In this document: positions 46,070-56,574 of the stretch, piece after piece
Layout of the letters: every line of letters begins with the position of its first letter
How positions within the stretch are numbered: position 1 is the stretch's first letter
Origin: Bacteroidales bacterium
Lineage (GTDB): Bacteria; Bacteroidota; Bacteroidia; Bacteroidales; UBA12077
Length of the DNA stretch: 64,000 bases
NCBI GenBank assembly: GCA_028282585.1
Contig: JANQHR010000142.1
Location: forward strand, 13,403-77,402
Direction: 5' to 3'
Position numbers and translations under genes: made by a program
The notes under the pieces: model-generated
What the model was told of the DNA's origin: nothing
Seen by the model: only the letters and a program-made list of their open reading frames with translations
The model's database searches: none

Positions 46070-48118
46070 TTATTTTATTAAATCTACGCTTCTTTTAACA
46101 AATTTTGTTAAGTCTTCACCCTTAAGCATATTGTTTGCAAGTAACGCTAAATCAGTCAATTGCTTAACATATTTATTTTCTGATCCATATTTAACCAGTA
46201 CTTCCTTTTTCTTTGATTTTATTTCTTCAATTTTCTTATCAACATCTGTCAATTTATCTTTTTCTTCCTGGTTAATTTCTTCTTCTTTCTTACCTTCCTT
46301 AGCTTTCTCTAAAGCTGTCTTTTCTTCCTCAAAAGGCTTAAGTTCTTCCAAAATTTTCGAAACTTTAGTACCTACTTTTTTGTCCTTTTGTTCAAGAACC
46401 TTCTCAATTAATCTGTGATTTGTATTTAAAACAACGTTATAACTATCTGGCATCTCACCATAAAAATTCATTCCTCCGCCTCCCATAGCAGCCATATCTT
46501 TCATACGACGCATAAATTCCGACTGAGTAATCATAACCGGATCATCGTCTTCCCTTAAATTTTCAAAAGCCACCGTAAAATTAGCAAAACCAGGCAATTG
46601 GCTTTCAAACATATGCGTTAACTGATCTTTATCCTCAACTGATAATTTAGATTCTTCCGAATCTTCTTTTCGAATCAATTTGTCAACCACATCAGCATCA
46701 ACTCTCATAAATCTTGAATTACTGAATTTTTGCTCAATCTGGTTAATAAAATGAGTATCTAACTGCCCATCCATAAGTAATACATCGTAACCTTTCGCTT
46801 TGGCATTTTCAATGAATGTGTATTGCTTGTCCTTATCAGTTGCATATAAATAAATTAGATTCTTGTCCTTATCTGTTTGATTCTCCTTAATTAATTTTTC
46901 ATATTCTTCGAAAGTGAAATACTTTCCATCAGTATTCTTAAATAAAGAAAACTTCTCTGCTTTTTCGTAGAATTTTTCTTCGGTTAACATTCCATATTCA
47001 ATAAATACTTTTAGATCATCCCATTTATTTTCAAATTGTTCACGATCATTTTTAAATATTTCATCAAGTCTGTCAGCTACCTTTTTAGTAATATGATTTG
47101 AGATTTTCTTTACGTTCGAATCGCTTTGTAAATAACTTCTTGAAACATTTAATGGAATGTCAGGTGAATCAAGAACTCCATGTAACAGAGTTAAAAATTC
47201 CGGCACAATACCTTCAACCGAATCAGTTACAAAAACTTGGTTTGCATATAATTGTATTTTATTCTTTTGAACCTCAACGTTGTTCTTAAGCTTTGGAAAA
47301 TAAAGAATTCCTGTTAAATTAAATGGGTAATCAACATTTAAGTGTATATGAAACAAATGTTCTTCATTAAACGGATATAACTTATTATAAAATTCCTTAT
47401 AATCTTCATCTTTTAATTCAGATGGCGTTTGGGACCACAAAGGCTTTGTTTCATTTATTATATTTAATTTATCCGTTTCAACTTCCTTACCATCTTTCCA
47501 TTCCTTTTGTTTTCCAAATGCTATTTCGATTGGTAAGAAACGACAATATTTATTCAATAAATCGTTAATTCTTTTTTCTTCGGTAAATTCTTTCGATTCA
47601 TCATCTATATGTAAAATAATGTCAGTACCTCTATTCTCTTTTTCGACCTCTTCTATCTTATATTCCGGACTTCCATCACATGACCATTTTACTGCTTTAG
47701 CATCATCTTTGTAAGATTTTGTAATGATTTCAACTTTTTTCGAAACCATAAAAGACGAATAGAAACCTAAACCAAATTTACCAATAATTGTAGTTTGATC
47801 TTTGAACTTATTAATAAACTCCTCAGCACTAGAAAATGCAATTTGATTAATGTATTTATCGATCTCTTCATCAGTCATTCCAATACCCCTGTCACTAATC
47901 GTTAGAGTCTTCTTTTTACTATCTAACGAAACATTTATCGTTAAATCACCTAATTCGCCTTTGTAATCACCAAGAGATGCAAGTTTTTTCATTTTTTGTG
48001 TTGCATCAATTGCATTAGATACTAGCTCTCTTAAAAATATTTCATGATCAGAATAAAGAAATTTTTTAATAATTGGAAATATATTCTCCGTTGTTACTCC
48101 AATTTTACCTTTTTGCAT
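46070..48118 (-). CDS. htpG: Molecular chaperone HtpG (Hsp90)
   Basis: LYSDHEIFLRELVSNAIDA; DRGIGM; IGKFGLGFYS; DIPLNVSRSYLQ. Confidence 0.97.
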   Translation of the reverse strand: MQKGKIGVTTENIFPIIKKFLYSDHEIFLRELVSNAIDATQKMKKLASLGDYKGELGDLTINVSLDSKKKTLTISDRGIGMTDEEIDKYINQIAFSSAEEFINKFKDQTTIIGKFGLGFYSSFMVSKKVEIITKSYKDDAKAVKWSCDGSPEYKIEEVEKENRGTDIILHIDDESKEFTEEKRINDLLNKYCRFLPIEIAFGKQKEWKDGKEVETDKLNIINETKPLWSQTPSELKDEDYKEFYNKLYPFNEEHLFHIHLNVDYPFNLTGILYFPKLKNNVEVQKNKIQLYANQVFVTDSVEGIVPEFLTLLHGVLDSPDIPLNVSRSYLQSDSNVKKISNHITKKVADRLDEIFKNDREQFENKWDDLKVFIEYGMLTEEKFYEKAEKFSLFKNTDGKYFTFEEYEKLIKENQTDKDKNLIYLYATDKDKQYTFIENAKAKGYDVLLMDGQLDTHFINQIEQKFSNSRFMRVDADVVDKLIRKEDSEESKLSVEDKDQLTHMFESQLPGFANFTVAFENLREDDDPVMITQSEFMRRMKDMAAMGGGGMNFYGEMPDSYNVVLNTNHRLIEKVLEQKDKKVGTKVSKILEELKPFEEEKTALEKAKEGKKEEEINQEEKDKLTDVDKKIEEIKSKKKEVLVKYGSENKYVKQLTDLALLANNMLKGEDLTKFVKRSVDLIK

Positions 48119-48162
48119 TTTTATATGATTTTGTGTTCAACATCAAGTTAACATCTGCCCAA

Positions 48163-48205
48163 TTTCAATATATATGCCATAATTGTTTTACTGCCAATTA
48201 GACAG
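48163..48205 (-). promoter_or_regulatory. Putative sigma54-like promoter TGGCA-N6-TTGA with upstream imperfect palindrome CTGTCTAATTGGCAG
   Basis: Minus strand ctgtctaat-tggcag-taaaacaatta-tGGcat-atata-TTGaaa. Confidence 0.6.
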
Positions 48206-48248
48206 GATTTAGTTACATTAGATATAAATTAAGTGAAAAAAATGCAGA

Positions 48249-48794
48249 TTATGATAAAAACCACTCGGGAAAGATCATATAAAGTATAATTAATAAAATT
48301 GCAATACAAGCAATAAATATTAGAAATACTCTTGTAAACCTTCTACTTGCATCTTTTTTTATTAGAAAATTTTTCTGACTTATAATTCCTTTTATATTAT
48401 TTTCTATACGTAAAATAATGTTTTCGTTCTTTTTTATAAAGGTATATGCCCCATAATGAAAAGCAGAAGAAACCAAATTAATATCGTCATTATCAGAATA
48501 TAAAACTACTTCAGAATTAGCGTTAATTTGTTTAATCCTTTTGAGAACATCCAATACATCTACCTGATTATTATCTTCATCAAGCTCTAATGTAGTTGCA
48601 AGGAAAATTATATAAATCTCATTTCTGGATCTTTCTATCAACCTAAAATCTTCAAAAAACTCCCTACTTCTTGAATAAATCTTTATGTTATATTCATTTA
48701 CCTCTTCGAATTTTGCCAAAACATCCCTGATGTATGAATCATCGTTATCTATAAATATAACATTTGTATTATTTCTGGAAAATCTTCGATTCAT
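48249..48794 (-). CDS. Atypical receiver-domain protein with C-terminal TM helix
   Basis: IFIDNDD...IIFLATTL...VVLYS...GAYTFIKK followed by a 20-aa hydrophobic tail. Confidence 0.7.
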   Translation of the reverse strand: MNRRFSRNNTNVIFIDNDDSYIRDVLAKFEEVNEYNIKIYSRSREFFEDFRLIERSRNEIYIIFLATTLELDEDNNQVDVLDVLKRIKQINANSEVVLYSDNDDINLVSSAFHYGAYTFIKKNENIILRIENNIKGIISQKNFLIKKDASRRFTRVFLIFIACIAILLIILYMIFPEWFLS

Positions 48795-48846
48795 AAGAAA
48801 TGAATTTAAGCTCTAAAATAAGCTAATATGCTATACGAGTCAATAG

Positions 48847-49692
48847 CTAAAATGCATCAATTGAGTAATCTCTTACATCGATATCTGTATATGAATTCCA
48901 AATTCCTCGTTCAAACTTTAATCCATCATATGAAAAATCAGGACCGTAAAATTCGAACTGCCCTGTTAAACTTGGCTTCGAGGGAGATAAATGATCGAAT
49001 ACAATCATCTCTTTTTCATCATCATAAGCTAGCGTCATATTAGTTTGCCCGTTAAACTCAAATATTACTCGCGCTACAGGTGGAACCCTATTTTTAAAAA
49101 CCTTATCTCCAAAAACAGGTAAATCATTCTTATCGAAATATAAAATATCGATTACTTTCTTTTTAGTAAGTAAGTTATTTAAATCTGCTCCAAGAAGCGT
49201 ATAATAATCTCTTCCTTTGCTTTTAGTTGTAATTATTTTATAATATAAAGCCCCATACCAATTCGAAGAACTCAGGATAACCAATTCAGGATTCTTAATC
49301 TCTTCGGAGCGATCTTTTAACTCATAAAATACATAATCTTTTTTATTTCTTTTATACTGAATGAATCCAAAATATTTATGAGTTCTATCACTGTAAGGCA
49401 GATTCCAGGTAATTATTCTTAACTTATAGTCATCTGATCTAATAAATCCGACATTTTTTAAATTAAAAAAAGGGTAATAAAAAGAATCTTTTTGCTTCAA
49501 TGCTTCCTTAAACAAGCTAACGATCCTATTATTTATTTTAATTTTATTCTCATCCGTGTTCTCTTTTAAAAGCATTGAAAAATAAAGATTCAAGGAATCC
49601 TCAAGTTGCTTTAAATGATCATCTTCATTAGCAATGATTTTAGAACTAAAAAAAGACAAGAAAATTAGTATTATTAAGAATGTTTTCTTCAT
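48847..49692 (-). CDS. Conserved secreted hypothetical protein
   Basis: Signal peptide; WYGALYYKI; IVFDHL; YGPDFSYDG. Confidence 0.75.
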   Translation of the reverse strand: MKKTFLIILIFLSFFSSKIIANEDDHLKQLEDSLNLYFSMLLKENTDENKIKINNRIVSLFKEALKQKDSFYYPFFNLKNVGFIRSDDYKLRIITWNLPYSDRTHKYFGFIQYKRNKKDYVFYELKDRSEEIKNPELVILSSSNWYGALYYKIITTKSKGRDYYTLLGADLNNLLTKKKVIDILYFDKNDLPVFGDKVFKNRVPPVARVIFEFNGQTNMTLAYDDEKEMIVFDHLSPSKPSLTGQFEFYGPDFSYDGLKFERGIWNSYTDIDVRDYSIDAF

Positions 49693-49731
49693 TTTGGTTC
49701 GGATTAAAATAAAAACTCAGATTATTACTAA

Positions 49732-50922
49732 TTATTTTAAAGATTCTGTAATTGATTCATTTAAAATATCACAAGCTTCTTTTATTTGAACATTTGAAAT
49801 TGTTAATGGCGGTGCAATTCTAAAAGCACTATCATGAAATAAGAACCAGTCTGTTACTAAACCTTTAGTTATTGCAATATCAATTACTTTTTTCACTTGA
49901 TTAAAATCACTAAGTTCAACTGCCATAAATAATCCATCACCTCTAATTTCCTTAATTCCAGAATGATTTAAATACCTTTTGAACAACTTTCCTTTATGTT
50001 CAACTTTACTAATTATATCTTCTGCTATTAACGTATTAAGCGAAGCTTTCGCAGCGGCACAAGAAACCGGATGACCTCCAAATGTTGTAATGTGTCCCAA
50101 AATTGGATTGGTTTTAAAACTCGACATGATCTCATTAGATGAAACAAATGCTCCAATGGGCATTCCTCCTCCCATACCTTTTGCTATGGTAAAAATATCC
50201 GGTAACACATTATATTTCTGAAAAGCAAATAAAGTACCAGTTCTACCAAATCCGGTTTGAATCTCGTCAAAAACTAATATTACGCCATGATCATCACATC
50301 TTTCTCTTAACTTTTTTAAATAACCATCCTCTGGTAAACGAATTCCAGCTTCACCTTGAACAGTTTCTACAAGCACACAGGCTGTTTTATCAGAAATCTG
50401 CTCAATATCTTCAACTGAATTAAAATTTATAAATTTTATATCTGGCAATAATGGTCTGAACGAATTCTTAAATTCTTCATTACCCATTACACTCAAAGCA
50501 CCATGAGTACTTCCATGATATGCATTTTTAAATGAAATAATTTCTGATCTTCCGGTGTATCGTTTAGCTAGTTTTAATGCTCCTTCAATTGCTTCACTTC
50601 CTGAATTTACAAAATACGTAGAATTAAGCTTTTCCGGTAATAGGTCTGATAATTGCTTGGCGAACTCAACCTGTGGTGCTTGAACATATTCTCCATAAAC
50701 CATTAAGTGCATATATTTATCAACCTGATTTTTAACAGCTTTAACAACTTCAGGATGAAGATGACCTATATTACTTACGGACACCCCTGAAATTAAATCT
50801 ATATATGATTTCCCTGTTCTGTCATACATATAAATTCCTTCTGCTCTTTCAACCTCAAGTTGAAGCGGAAAATCAGAAGTTTGTCCTACATGTTGTAAAA
50901 AAAGTTGTCTTTGAGAAATCAT
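49732..50922 (-). CDS. Class III PLP aminotransferase (acetylornithine aminotransferase-like)
   Basis: NSGSEAIEGA; YHGST; ETVQGEAG; FDEIQTGFGRTG; AKGMGGG; TTFGGHP; ATG 50922. Confidence 0.92.
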   Translation of the reverse strand: MISQRQLFLQHVGQTSDFPLQLEVERAEGIYMYDRTGKSYIDLISGVSVSNIGHLHPEVVKAVKNQVDKYMHLMVYGEYVQAPQVEFAKQLSDLLPEKLNSTYFVNSGSEAIEGALKLAKRYTGRSEIISFKNAYHGSTHGALSVMGNEEFKNSFRPLLPDIKFINFNSVEDIEQISDKTACVLVETVQGEAGIRLPEDGYLKKLRERCDDHGVILVFDEIQTGFGRTGTLFAFQKYNVLPDIFTIAKGMGGGMPIGAFVSSNEIMSSFKTNPILGHITTFGGHPVSCAAAKASLNTLIAEDIISKVEHKGKLFKRYLNHSGIKEIRGDGLFMAVELSDFNQVKKVIDIAITKGLVTDWFLFHDSAFRIAPPLTISNVQIKEACDILNESITESLK

Positions 50923-50991
50923 ATCACAAAATTTTATAAAACAAAAAAAGGGGATAAACCCCAAAATTAAATATTCTATAGAAGGATTAAA

Positions 50992-51696
50992 CTATTTTCC
51001 CATTAAATTTATGTCCCCCATAAACCTATCCTTATATGCTTTTCCTATAGGTATAGCTTTTACTCCTTCGTTACTTTTAATAAAAACCGAATTATCTTCA
51101 ATTCTGTTAATCTTGCGAACGTTAACAATATAAGATCTGTGGACACGCTTAAATTGAGAATCAGGCAGTTGACTTTCGATTGATTTCATGGTAAAATGAA
51201 TAGTGAATTTTTCATTATAAGAATTTACTATTACATAGTTTTCCAATGCCTCAACCCAAAGTATGTCATCATATTTTAATTGTACCAATGCTGAATTCTT
51301 TTTAATAAAAATCTCATCAGATTCTTTTTTACTTCTGGCTTCATGAATATTTTTAGATTTTAAAACCGCTTTGTAGAATCTACCATAAGTAACGGGTTTT
51401 AATAAATAGTCAGTAACATCATAATCGAATGCTTCGAGTGCATATTTCTCCTTAGAGGACACTATTATAACCTGAGGTAGATTCTTAAGAGTATTTAAAA
51501 AATCAATTCCATCCATCTCAGGCATCTCAATATCCAAAAAAATCAAATCAATATCTTCAGGGTTTTTATCTAAAGAATTAATTGCTTCAACTGCATTTTG
51601 AAACGAATTATTTAAATCAAGAAATTCTGTTCGCGTTATAAATTCTTCAATTACCCGACGAGAGAGAGCATCATCATCAATTACAATACATTTCAT
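50992..51696 (-). CDS. LytTR-family response regulator
   Basis: VIDDD...FLDIEMP...DYLLKP; LytTR motif FKRVHRSYIVN. Confidence 0.93.
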   Translation of the reverse strand: MKCIVIDDDALSRRVIEEFITRTEFLDLNNSFQNAVEAINSLDKNPEDIDLIFLDIEMPEMDGIDFLNTLKNLPQVIIVSSKEKYALEAFDYDVTDYLLKPVTYGRFYKAVLKSKNIHEARSKKESDEIFIKKNSALVQLKYDDILWVEALENYVIVNSYNEKFTIHFTMKSIESQLPDSQFKRVHRSYIVNVRKINRIEDNSVFIKSNEGVKAIPIGKAYKDRFMGDINLMGK

Positions 51697-51790
51697 ACTT
51701 TTTGTCTTTGTACTCAAAAATAGAAAAATTCTAATAAGTTTTACAACCAATTAGTCTAAAAAATTTACATTAATATACGAAAATAAATGA

Positions 51791-52468
51791 TTAATTGTTA
51801 TTTTTCTTAGATAAAAACTCTTCAATAAGCAAAGATGAACTTTTTATTGTTTTTTTCAGCCATTCTAACGTAAGTTCCACTTTTTCATCATCATCAATTC
51901 TCCAATTGATATTTGATTTCCGCAGTTTACTAGTTAAATGGTATAAAATTATTGCGGCAGAAACAGAAATATTGAAACTCTCAGTAAATCCATACATTGG
52001 TACTTTAAGATATTCATCCGCATTTTCAATCATTAAATCAGACAAACCGTTTAGTTCAGTACCAAAAAATAGAGCTACCTTACCTTTTGTTAAGTCAAAA
52101 GTTTCAAGATCAACATCATCGGTGTGTGGTGTTGTTGCTACGATTCTATAGCCGTTTTTACGAAGATTCGTAATAGCTTCCAAAGTATTATTTTCTTTTT
52201 CATTATATTTTTTAAGGCTTAACCACTTTGAAGAACCTAAAGCTACATCTGGATTTATGTTATACTGATTTTTATTTTCAATAATATGAATATCCTGTAA
52301 GCCAAAACAATCGGATGTTCTTAAAACAGCACTTGCATTCTGTGATTGATAAATATCCTCCAAAACCACGGCTATATATCGAGTTCTATAATTAAGTACC
52401 TTTTCAAAAACTTCAAGTCTGTTAACCGTAACAAATTGTTTAAGATGTTGAACAAGTTCCTTACTCAC
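51791..52468 (-). CDS. TrmH/SpoU family RNA 2'-O-methyltransferase
   Basis: QNASAVLRTSDCFG; FGTELNG; VPMYGFTESFNISVSAA. Confidence 0.92.
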   Translation of the reverse strand: MSKELVQHLKQFVTVNRLEVFEKVLNYRTRYIAVVLEDIYQSQNASAVLRTSDCFGLQDIHIIENKNQYNINPDVALGSSKWLSLKKYNEKENNTLEAITNLRKNGYRIVATTPHTDDVDLETFDLTKGKVALFFGTELNGLSDLMIENADEYLKVPMYGFTESFNISVSAAIILYHLTSKLRKSNINWRIDDDEKVELTLEWLKKTIKSSSLLIEEFLSKKNNN

Positions 52469-52484
52469 CTTTCCAGTTTTTTAT

Positions 52485-52516
52485 AAAAAAAGGGAGTACA
52501 CTTTCATGCACTCCCT
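52485..52516 (-). terminator. Intrinsic terminator of hup
   Basis: AGGGAGTACA-ctttca-TGCACTCCCT with an A run on the left. Confidence 0.75.
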
Positions 52517-52536
52517 ACTTATTTTAATCAATATTT

Positions 52537-52809
52537 TTATTGAACAGCATCAGCTAAATCGCTACCAGCTTTAAATTTAACTACGTTTTTAGCTTTAATA
52601 GTAATTGGTTTTCCAGTTTGTGGATTTCTACCAGTTCTTGCATTTCTTTTAGCTACTGAGAAAGATCCGAAACCAACTAAAGCTACTCTATCACCTTTTT
52701 TCAAAGATGCTGTAGTACTTGTAATAAATGCGTCTAAAGCTTTTTTAGCGTCAGCTTTTGTTAAGTTAGCTCCTCCAGCAATTGCATCAATTAATTCTGC
52801 TTTGTTCAT
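52537..52809 (-). CDS. hup: DNA-binding protein HU
   Basis: [11 protein letters not shown]...GFGSF...[10 protein letters not shown]...KFKAG. Confidence 0.97.
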   Translation of the reverse strand: MNKAELIDAIAGGANLTKADAKKALDAFITSTTASLKKGDRVALVGFGSFSVAKRNARTGRNPQTGKPITIKAKNVVKFKAGSDLADAVQ

Positions 52810-52861
52810 AATAAAAAATTTTTAGGGTTAGTAAAATAAATATTTTTTTAGCTTCTACATA

Positions 52862-52892
52862 CAAATATAGACTATTTCTAGTGTTTAGCAAA
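52862..52892 (-). promoter_or_regulatory. Bacteroidota primary-sigma promoter of hup
   Basis: Minus strand TTTG-N19-TATATTTG. Confidence 0.7.
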
Positions 52893-53048
52893 TGTTCTGC
52901 AAAAAAAATTAGCGAAATATTAATAAAAAAGGGCATTTTGTTAATAATTATATAAAAATTGAGTTGTTTTAGATCAAAATCCTATGGAAAAGGTGATTCA
53001 GCAGGTTAAAAGTCTAAAATAAAAATCTAAAAATATTTTTTAAGAAAA

Positions 53049-53080
53049 TTTTGCACAAATAAAAATTTAATATACTTTTG
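53049..53080 (+). promoter_or_regulatory. Bacteroidota primary-sigma promoter of tRNA-Ser
   Basis: TTTG at 53050-53 and TACTTTTG at 53073-80, directly before the tRNA. Confidence 0.7.
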
Positions 53081-53085
53081 CCCCC

Positions 53086-53173
53086 GGAGAAATGGCAGAG
53101 TGGTCGAATGCGGCGGTCTTGAAAACCGTTGTACCGCGAGGTACCGGGGGTTCGAATCCCTCTTTCTCCGCCA
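53086..53173 (+). tRNA. tRNA-Ser(UGA)
   Basis: GGAGAAA acceptor stem paired with TTTCTCC-G-CCA; anticodon loop CT-TGA-AA; long variable arm GTACC-gcga-GGTAC; GTTCGAATC T loop. Confidence 0.97.
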
Positions 53174-53181
53174 AAAAGCAT

Positions 53182-53211
53182 AAGCTGTCTTAATACAAGG
53201 CGGCTTTTTTT
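53182..53211. terminator. Intrinsic terminator after tRNA-Ser
   Basis: AAGCTGTCTT-aatac-AAGGCGGCTT followed by a T run. Confidence 0.7.
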
Positions 53212-53214
53212 ATT

Positions 53215-55035
53215 TCACGCAAGTTCCAGGTCAAACAATTCTTTATAATATCCGTCTAATTCCAGAAGCTCTTCATGCCTTCCTTGTTCCACAATTCTTC
53301 CCTGATTTAAAACTAATATCTTATCAGCTTTTCTTACAGTTGATAATCTATGTGCAATTATTACTGTAGTTCTATTTTGAGTTAACTCCTTTATTGCCTT
53401 CCTGACAATTAATTCAGAATTATAATCTAATGCTGAAGTTGCTTCGTCTAAAATCATTATAGGAGAATCCTTTAACAAAGCTCTGGCAATACTAATTCTT
53501 TGCTTTTCTCCAAGAGATAGTTTTCCCCCATCTTCGCCTAATTGATATTCAAATCCTGATTCTTTTTCCATAATAAAATCATATGCATAAGCTTTTTTAG
53601 CTACCTCAATTAATTGATCTTTACTTGAAGATGGCTTACCATAAAGAATATTATTAGATATGGTATCATTAAATAAAATGGGTTCTTGATTAACATAACC
53701 AATCAATTTCCTTAAAGAATTAATATCATAATTTTTAATTGGAACATCATCTATTAGTATATTTCCTGAATCGGGATCAAAGAAACGCGGCAGTAAATCT
53801 ACAATTGTAGACTTACCTGAACCAGATTTACCAACAATAGTGACTGTTTGCCCTTTTTCTATAGTAAAATTTACATTTTTAATAACAGATTCGTCTTCAT
53901 TCTCATAAGTAAATTCAACATTTCTAAACTCAATCCTTTTATTAAAATTCTCTAATATTTTAGCATCCGGTTCATTCTTTATTTTAAACTGATGAATTAA
54001 AATAGTGTTTATTCTATCAAAAGATGCAATTCCTTTAAGTATATTATAATAACCACTAGACAAAGATTTAGAAGGTGCTATAACCTGCGTAAATACGGCC
54101 AAATATCCAATAAATAATTGAGAAGAAATCCCTTCTCCTGATAATACTATTTTCCCGCCAAACCACACAATCATTAAAATGGAGATTGTAGCAATGATAT
54201 CCATAACAGGATTAATTAGTATTCTTCGTCTCCAAACCTTACTAAAAAGATTACTGAAATAGGTATTTTGATCTTTAAACCTGTTTTCAATAAATTTTTC
54301 GGCACTAAAAGCTTTAATTATCTTTATTCCGGAAAGAGCTTCTTCCAGCATCCCAATCAAGGCGCCTATTCTTTCCTGTCCTCTAAATGTATCTTTCTTG
54401 AGATTTTTCCCTACAATACCAATGACAAGTGCAGAAACAGGAAATATAATTATCACGATTAGGGTAAGTTTTGTACTCATAAAGAATAAAGCATATAAAT
54501 ATACCGTTATAAGAATCGGATCTTTAAAAATCATTTCCAATGAAGAAATTATGGACATTTCGATTTCCTTGACGTCAACGATCATTTTTGAAATGATATC
54601 CCCCCTTCTTTGATCAGAAAAATAACTTAAATCAAAATCCAAAATTTTACTCATTAATTCATTTCTAATATCCTGAACTACATTAGTTCGGATATGAATT
54701 ATGAGTGATTTACTTATATATAGAAAAACATTCTTAAGAATTGTAAAAATTAATACAATTAATATGATGAACATTAATGCATTTAAATGTCCTTTATTTT
54801 CAACTATTTGTCCCAAATAATAATTGAAATTATGCTGAACTAATTGGGCTGAAATTTTAAACGGAAGCAAATCCGAAACAAATTGCTGGGTAGAAAATAG
54901 TAATCCTAGAATAGGAATCACCATAGTAAATGAAATAACCGAAAATAAGGCCACCAATAAGTTGCTAATAACACTTAATAAAGCTGCAATCCAATAGGGA
55001 GCAACATATTTGAGTATTACTATTAGTTTTTTCAT
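53215..55035 (-). CDS. ABC exporter, fused permease/ATPase (MsbA-like)
   Basis: TM domain; Walker A GKSGSGKST; LSLGEKQR; ILDEATSALD; IAHRLST. Confidence 0.93.
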   Translation of the reverse strand: MKKLIVILKYVAPYWIAALLSVISNLLVALFSVISFTMVIPILGLLFSTQQFVSDLLPFKISAQLVQHNFNYYLGQIVENKGHLNALMFIILIVLIFTILKNVFLYISKSLIIHIRTNVVQDIRNELMSKILDFDLSYFSDQRRGDIISKMIVDVKEIEMSIISSLEMIFKDPILITVYLYALFFMSTKLTLIVIIIFPVSALVIGIVGKNLKKDTFRGQERIGALIGMLEEALSGIKIIKAFSAEKFIENRFKDQNTYFSNLFSKVWRRRILINPVMDIIATISILMIVWFGGKIVLSGEGISSQLFIGYLAVFTQVIAPSKSLSSGYYNILKGIASFDRINTILIHQFKIKNEPDAKILENFNKRIEFRNVEFTYENEDESVIKNVNFTIEKGQTVTIVGKSGSGKSTIVDLLPRFFDPDSGNILIDDVPIKNYDINSLRKLIGYVNQEPILFNDTISNNILYGKPSSSKDQLIEVAKKAYAYDFIMEKESGFEYQLGEDGGKLSLGEKQRISIARALLKDSPIMILDEATSALDYNSELIVRKAIKELTQNRTTVIIAHRLSTVRKADKILVLNQGRIVEQGRHEELLELDGYYKELFDLELA

Positions 55036-55097
55036 GAATATTTTACCTTCGGATTATACCAAAGGTAAAATAAATTCATTTATATCAGAAATCTCGA

Positions 55098-56441
55098 TTA
55101 AATTCCGGTATAATTAAATGGAGTAATCTTTTTTAATTCATCTTTTATATCAGAAGATAGATTTAATCCATCAATAAACTGATATATGCTTGATTTTGTA
55201 ATTTTATCGCCTGTTCGTGTCAAATCTCTGAGTGCTTCGTAAGGTTTTGGATAACCTTCCCGGCGCAAAATTGTTTGTATTGCTTCAGCAACTACTGCCC
55301 AGTTTTCCTCTAAATCAACATTGATAGCAATTTCATTAACCAAAACCTTTCCTAATCCTTTTAACAAAGATTTAAACGCAATTATTGTATGTGCTACCGG
55401 AACACCAATATTTCTTAATACAGTTGAATCGGTTAAATCTCTCTGTAATCTTGAAATAGGAAGTTTTGCTGATAGATGCTCAAATATGGCATTTGCAATT
55501 CCAAAATTGCCTTCAGCATTTTCAAAGTCAATTGGATTTACTTTATGAGGCATAGCTGATGAACCCACTTCTCCTTTTACAACTTTTTGCTTAAAATAAT
55601 TCATTGAAATATAGGTCCAGAAATCGCGCGCTAAATCGATTAAAACATTATTAATTCTTTTCATAGCATCAAACATAGCTGCCATGTTATCGTAGTGTTC
55701 AATTTGCGTAGTAGGCTCCGATCGCTTTAATTTTAGAATATTATTAACAAAGTGATCTCCAAATGCGTTCCAATCAATATCCGGATATGTTATATGATGT
55801 GCATTAAAATTCCCGGTTGCACCTCCAAACTTAGCTGAATATGGAATAGCTTTCAGTTGTTCCAATTGTTTGTCCAACCTTTCGATATAAACCAATATTT
55901 CTTTCCCTAAACGAGTTGGTGATGCCGGCTGTCCATGCGTACGAGCTAGCATTGGAATTAACTTCCATTCTTCCGCCAACGATTGTAATTTTTCTTGTAA
56001 TTCATTCATAACAGGATAATAAACTTCTTCAACAGCATCTTTTAAAGAATTTGGAGTTGCTGTATTATTAACATCCTGAGAGGTTAATCCAAAATGAATA
56101 AACTCTTTATATTTTTCAAGATTTAAATCATCAAACTTTTCTTTGATAAAGTATTCTACTGCTTTAACATCATGATTTGTTACTTTTTCAATGTCCTTTA
56201 TTTTTCTCGAGTCATCCGAATCAAAATTTGCATATATAGCTCTCAAATCACAATATAATCCTTTATTAAAATCTGCCAATTGTGGTAACGGAACTTCACA
56301 TAGTGCAATAAAGTATTCTATTTCCGTAAGCACTCTATACTTTATTAAACCAAATTCGGAGAAGAATTTTCCGAGCTCATTAACTTTATTTCTGTAACGT
56401 CCGTCAACTGGTGATATAGCTGTAAGTGAAGTTATACTCAT
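55098..56441 (-). CDS. purB: Adenylosuccinate lyase
   Basis: AISPVDGRY; TNHDVKAVEY; HFGLTSQD; GSSAMPHKVNPIDFEN. Confidence 0.97.
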   Translation of the reverse strand: MSITSLTAISPVDGRYRNKVNELGKFFSEFGLIKYRVLTEIEYFIALCEVPLPQLADFNKGLYCDLRAIYANFDSDDSRKIKDIEKVTNHDVKAVEYFIKEKFDDLNLEKYKEFIHFGLTSQDVNNTATPNSLKDAVEEVYYPVMNELQEKLQSLAEEWKLIPMLARTHGQPASPTRLGKEILVYIERLDKQLEQLKAIPYSAKFGGATGNFNAHHITYPDIDWNAFGDHFVNNILKLKRSEPTTQIEHYDNMAAMFDAMKRINNVLIDLARDFWTYISMNYFKQKVVKGEVGSSAMPHKVNPIDFENAEGNFGIANAIFEHLSAKLPISRLQRDLTDSTVLRNIGVPVAHTIIAFKSLLKGLGKVLVNEIAINVDLEENWAVVAEAIQTILRREGYPKPYEALRDLTRTGDKITKSSIYQFIDGLNLSSDIKDELKKITPFNYTGI

Positions 56442-56574
56442 GATGATTATTTTTTATTTAAGTCTTTGTTCCGATTCATAATTTTTCAAGCACAAAATAA
56501 ACAAAAACAATTTATTTTACTATTATAATAGTAGCATCAATTGTATATTTGTTAAACATAATTGTAACTATAAA

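Noticed and set aside
46190-46400. Charged coiled-coil insertion near the HtpG C-terminus as a novelty
   Set aside because: About 680-aa HtpGs with this insertion are typical of Bacteroidales
53086-53215. tRNA-Ser as an integration site for an island or prophage
   Set aside because: No integrase and no duplicated tRNA 3' end seen in the window; flanks are housekeeping genes
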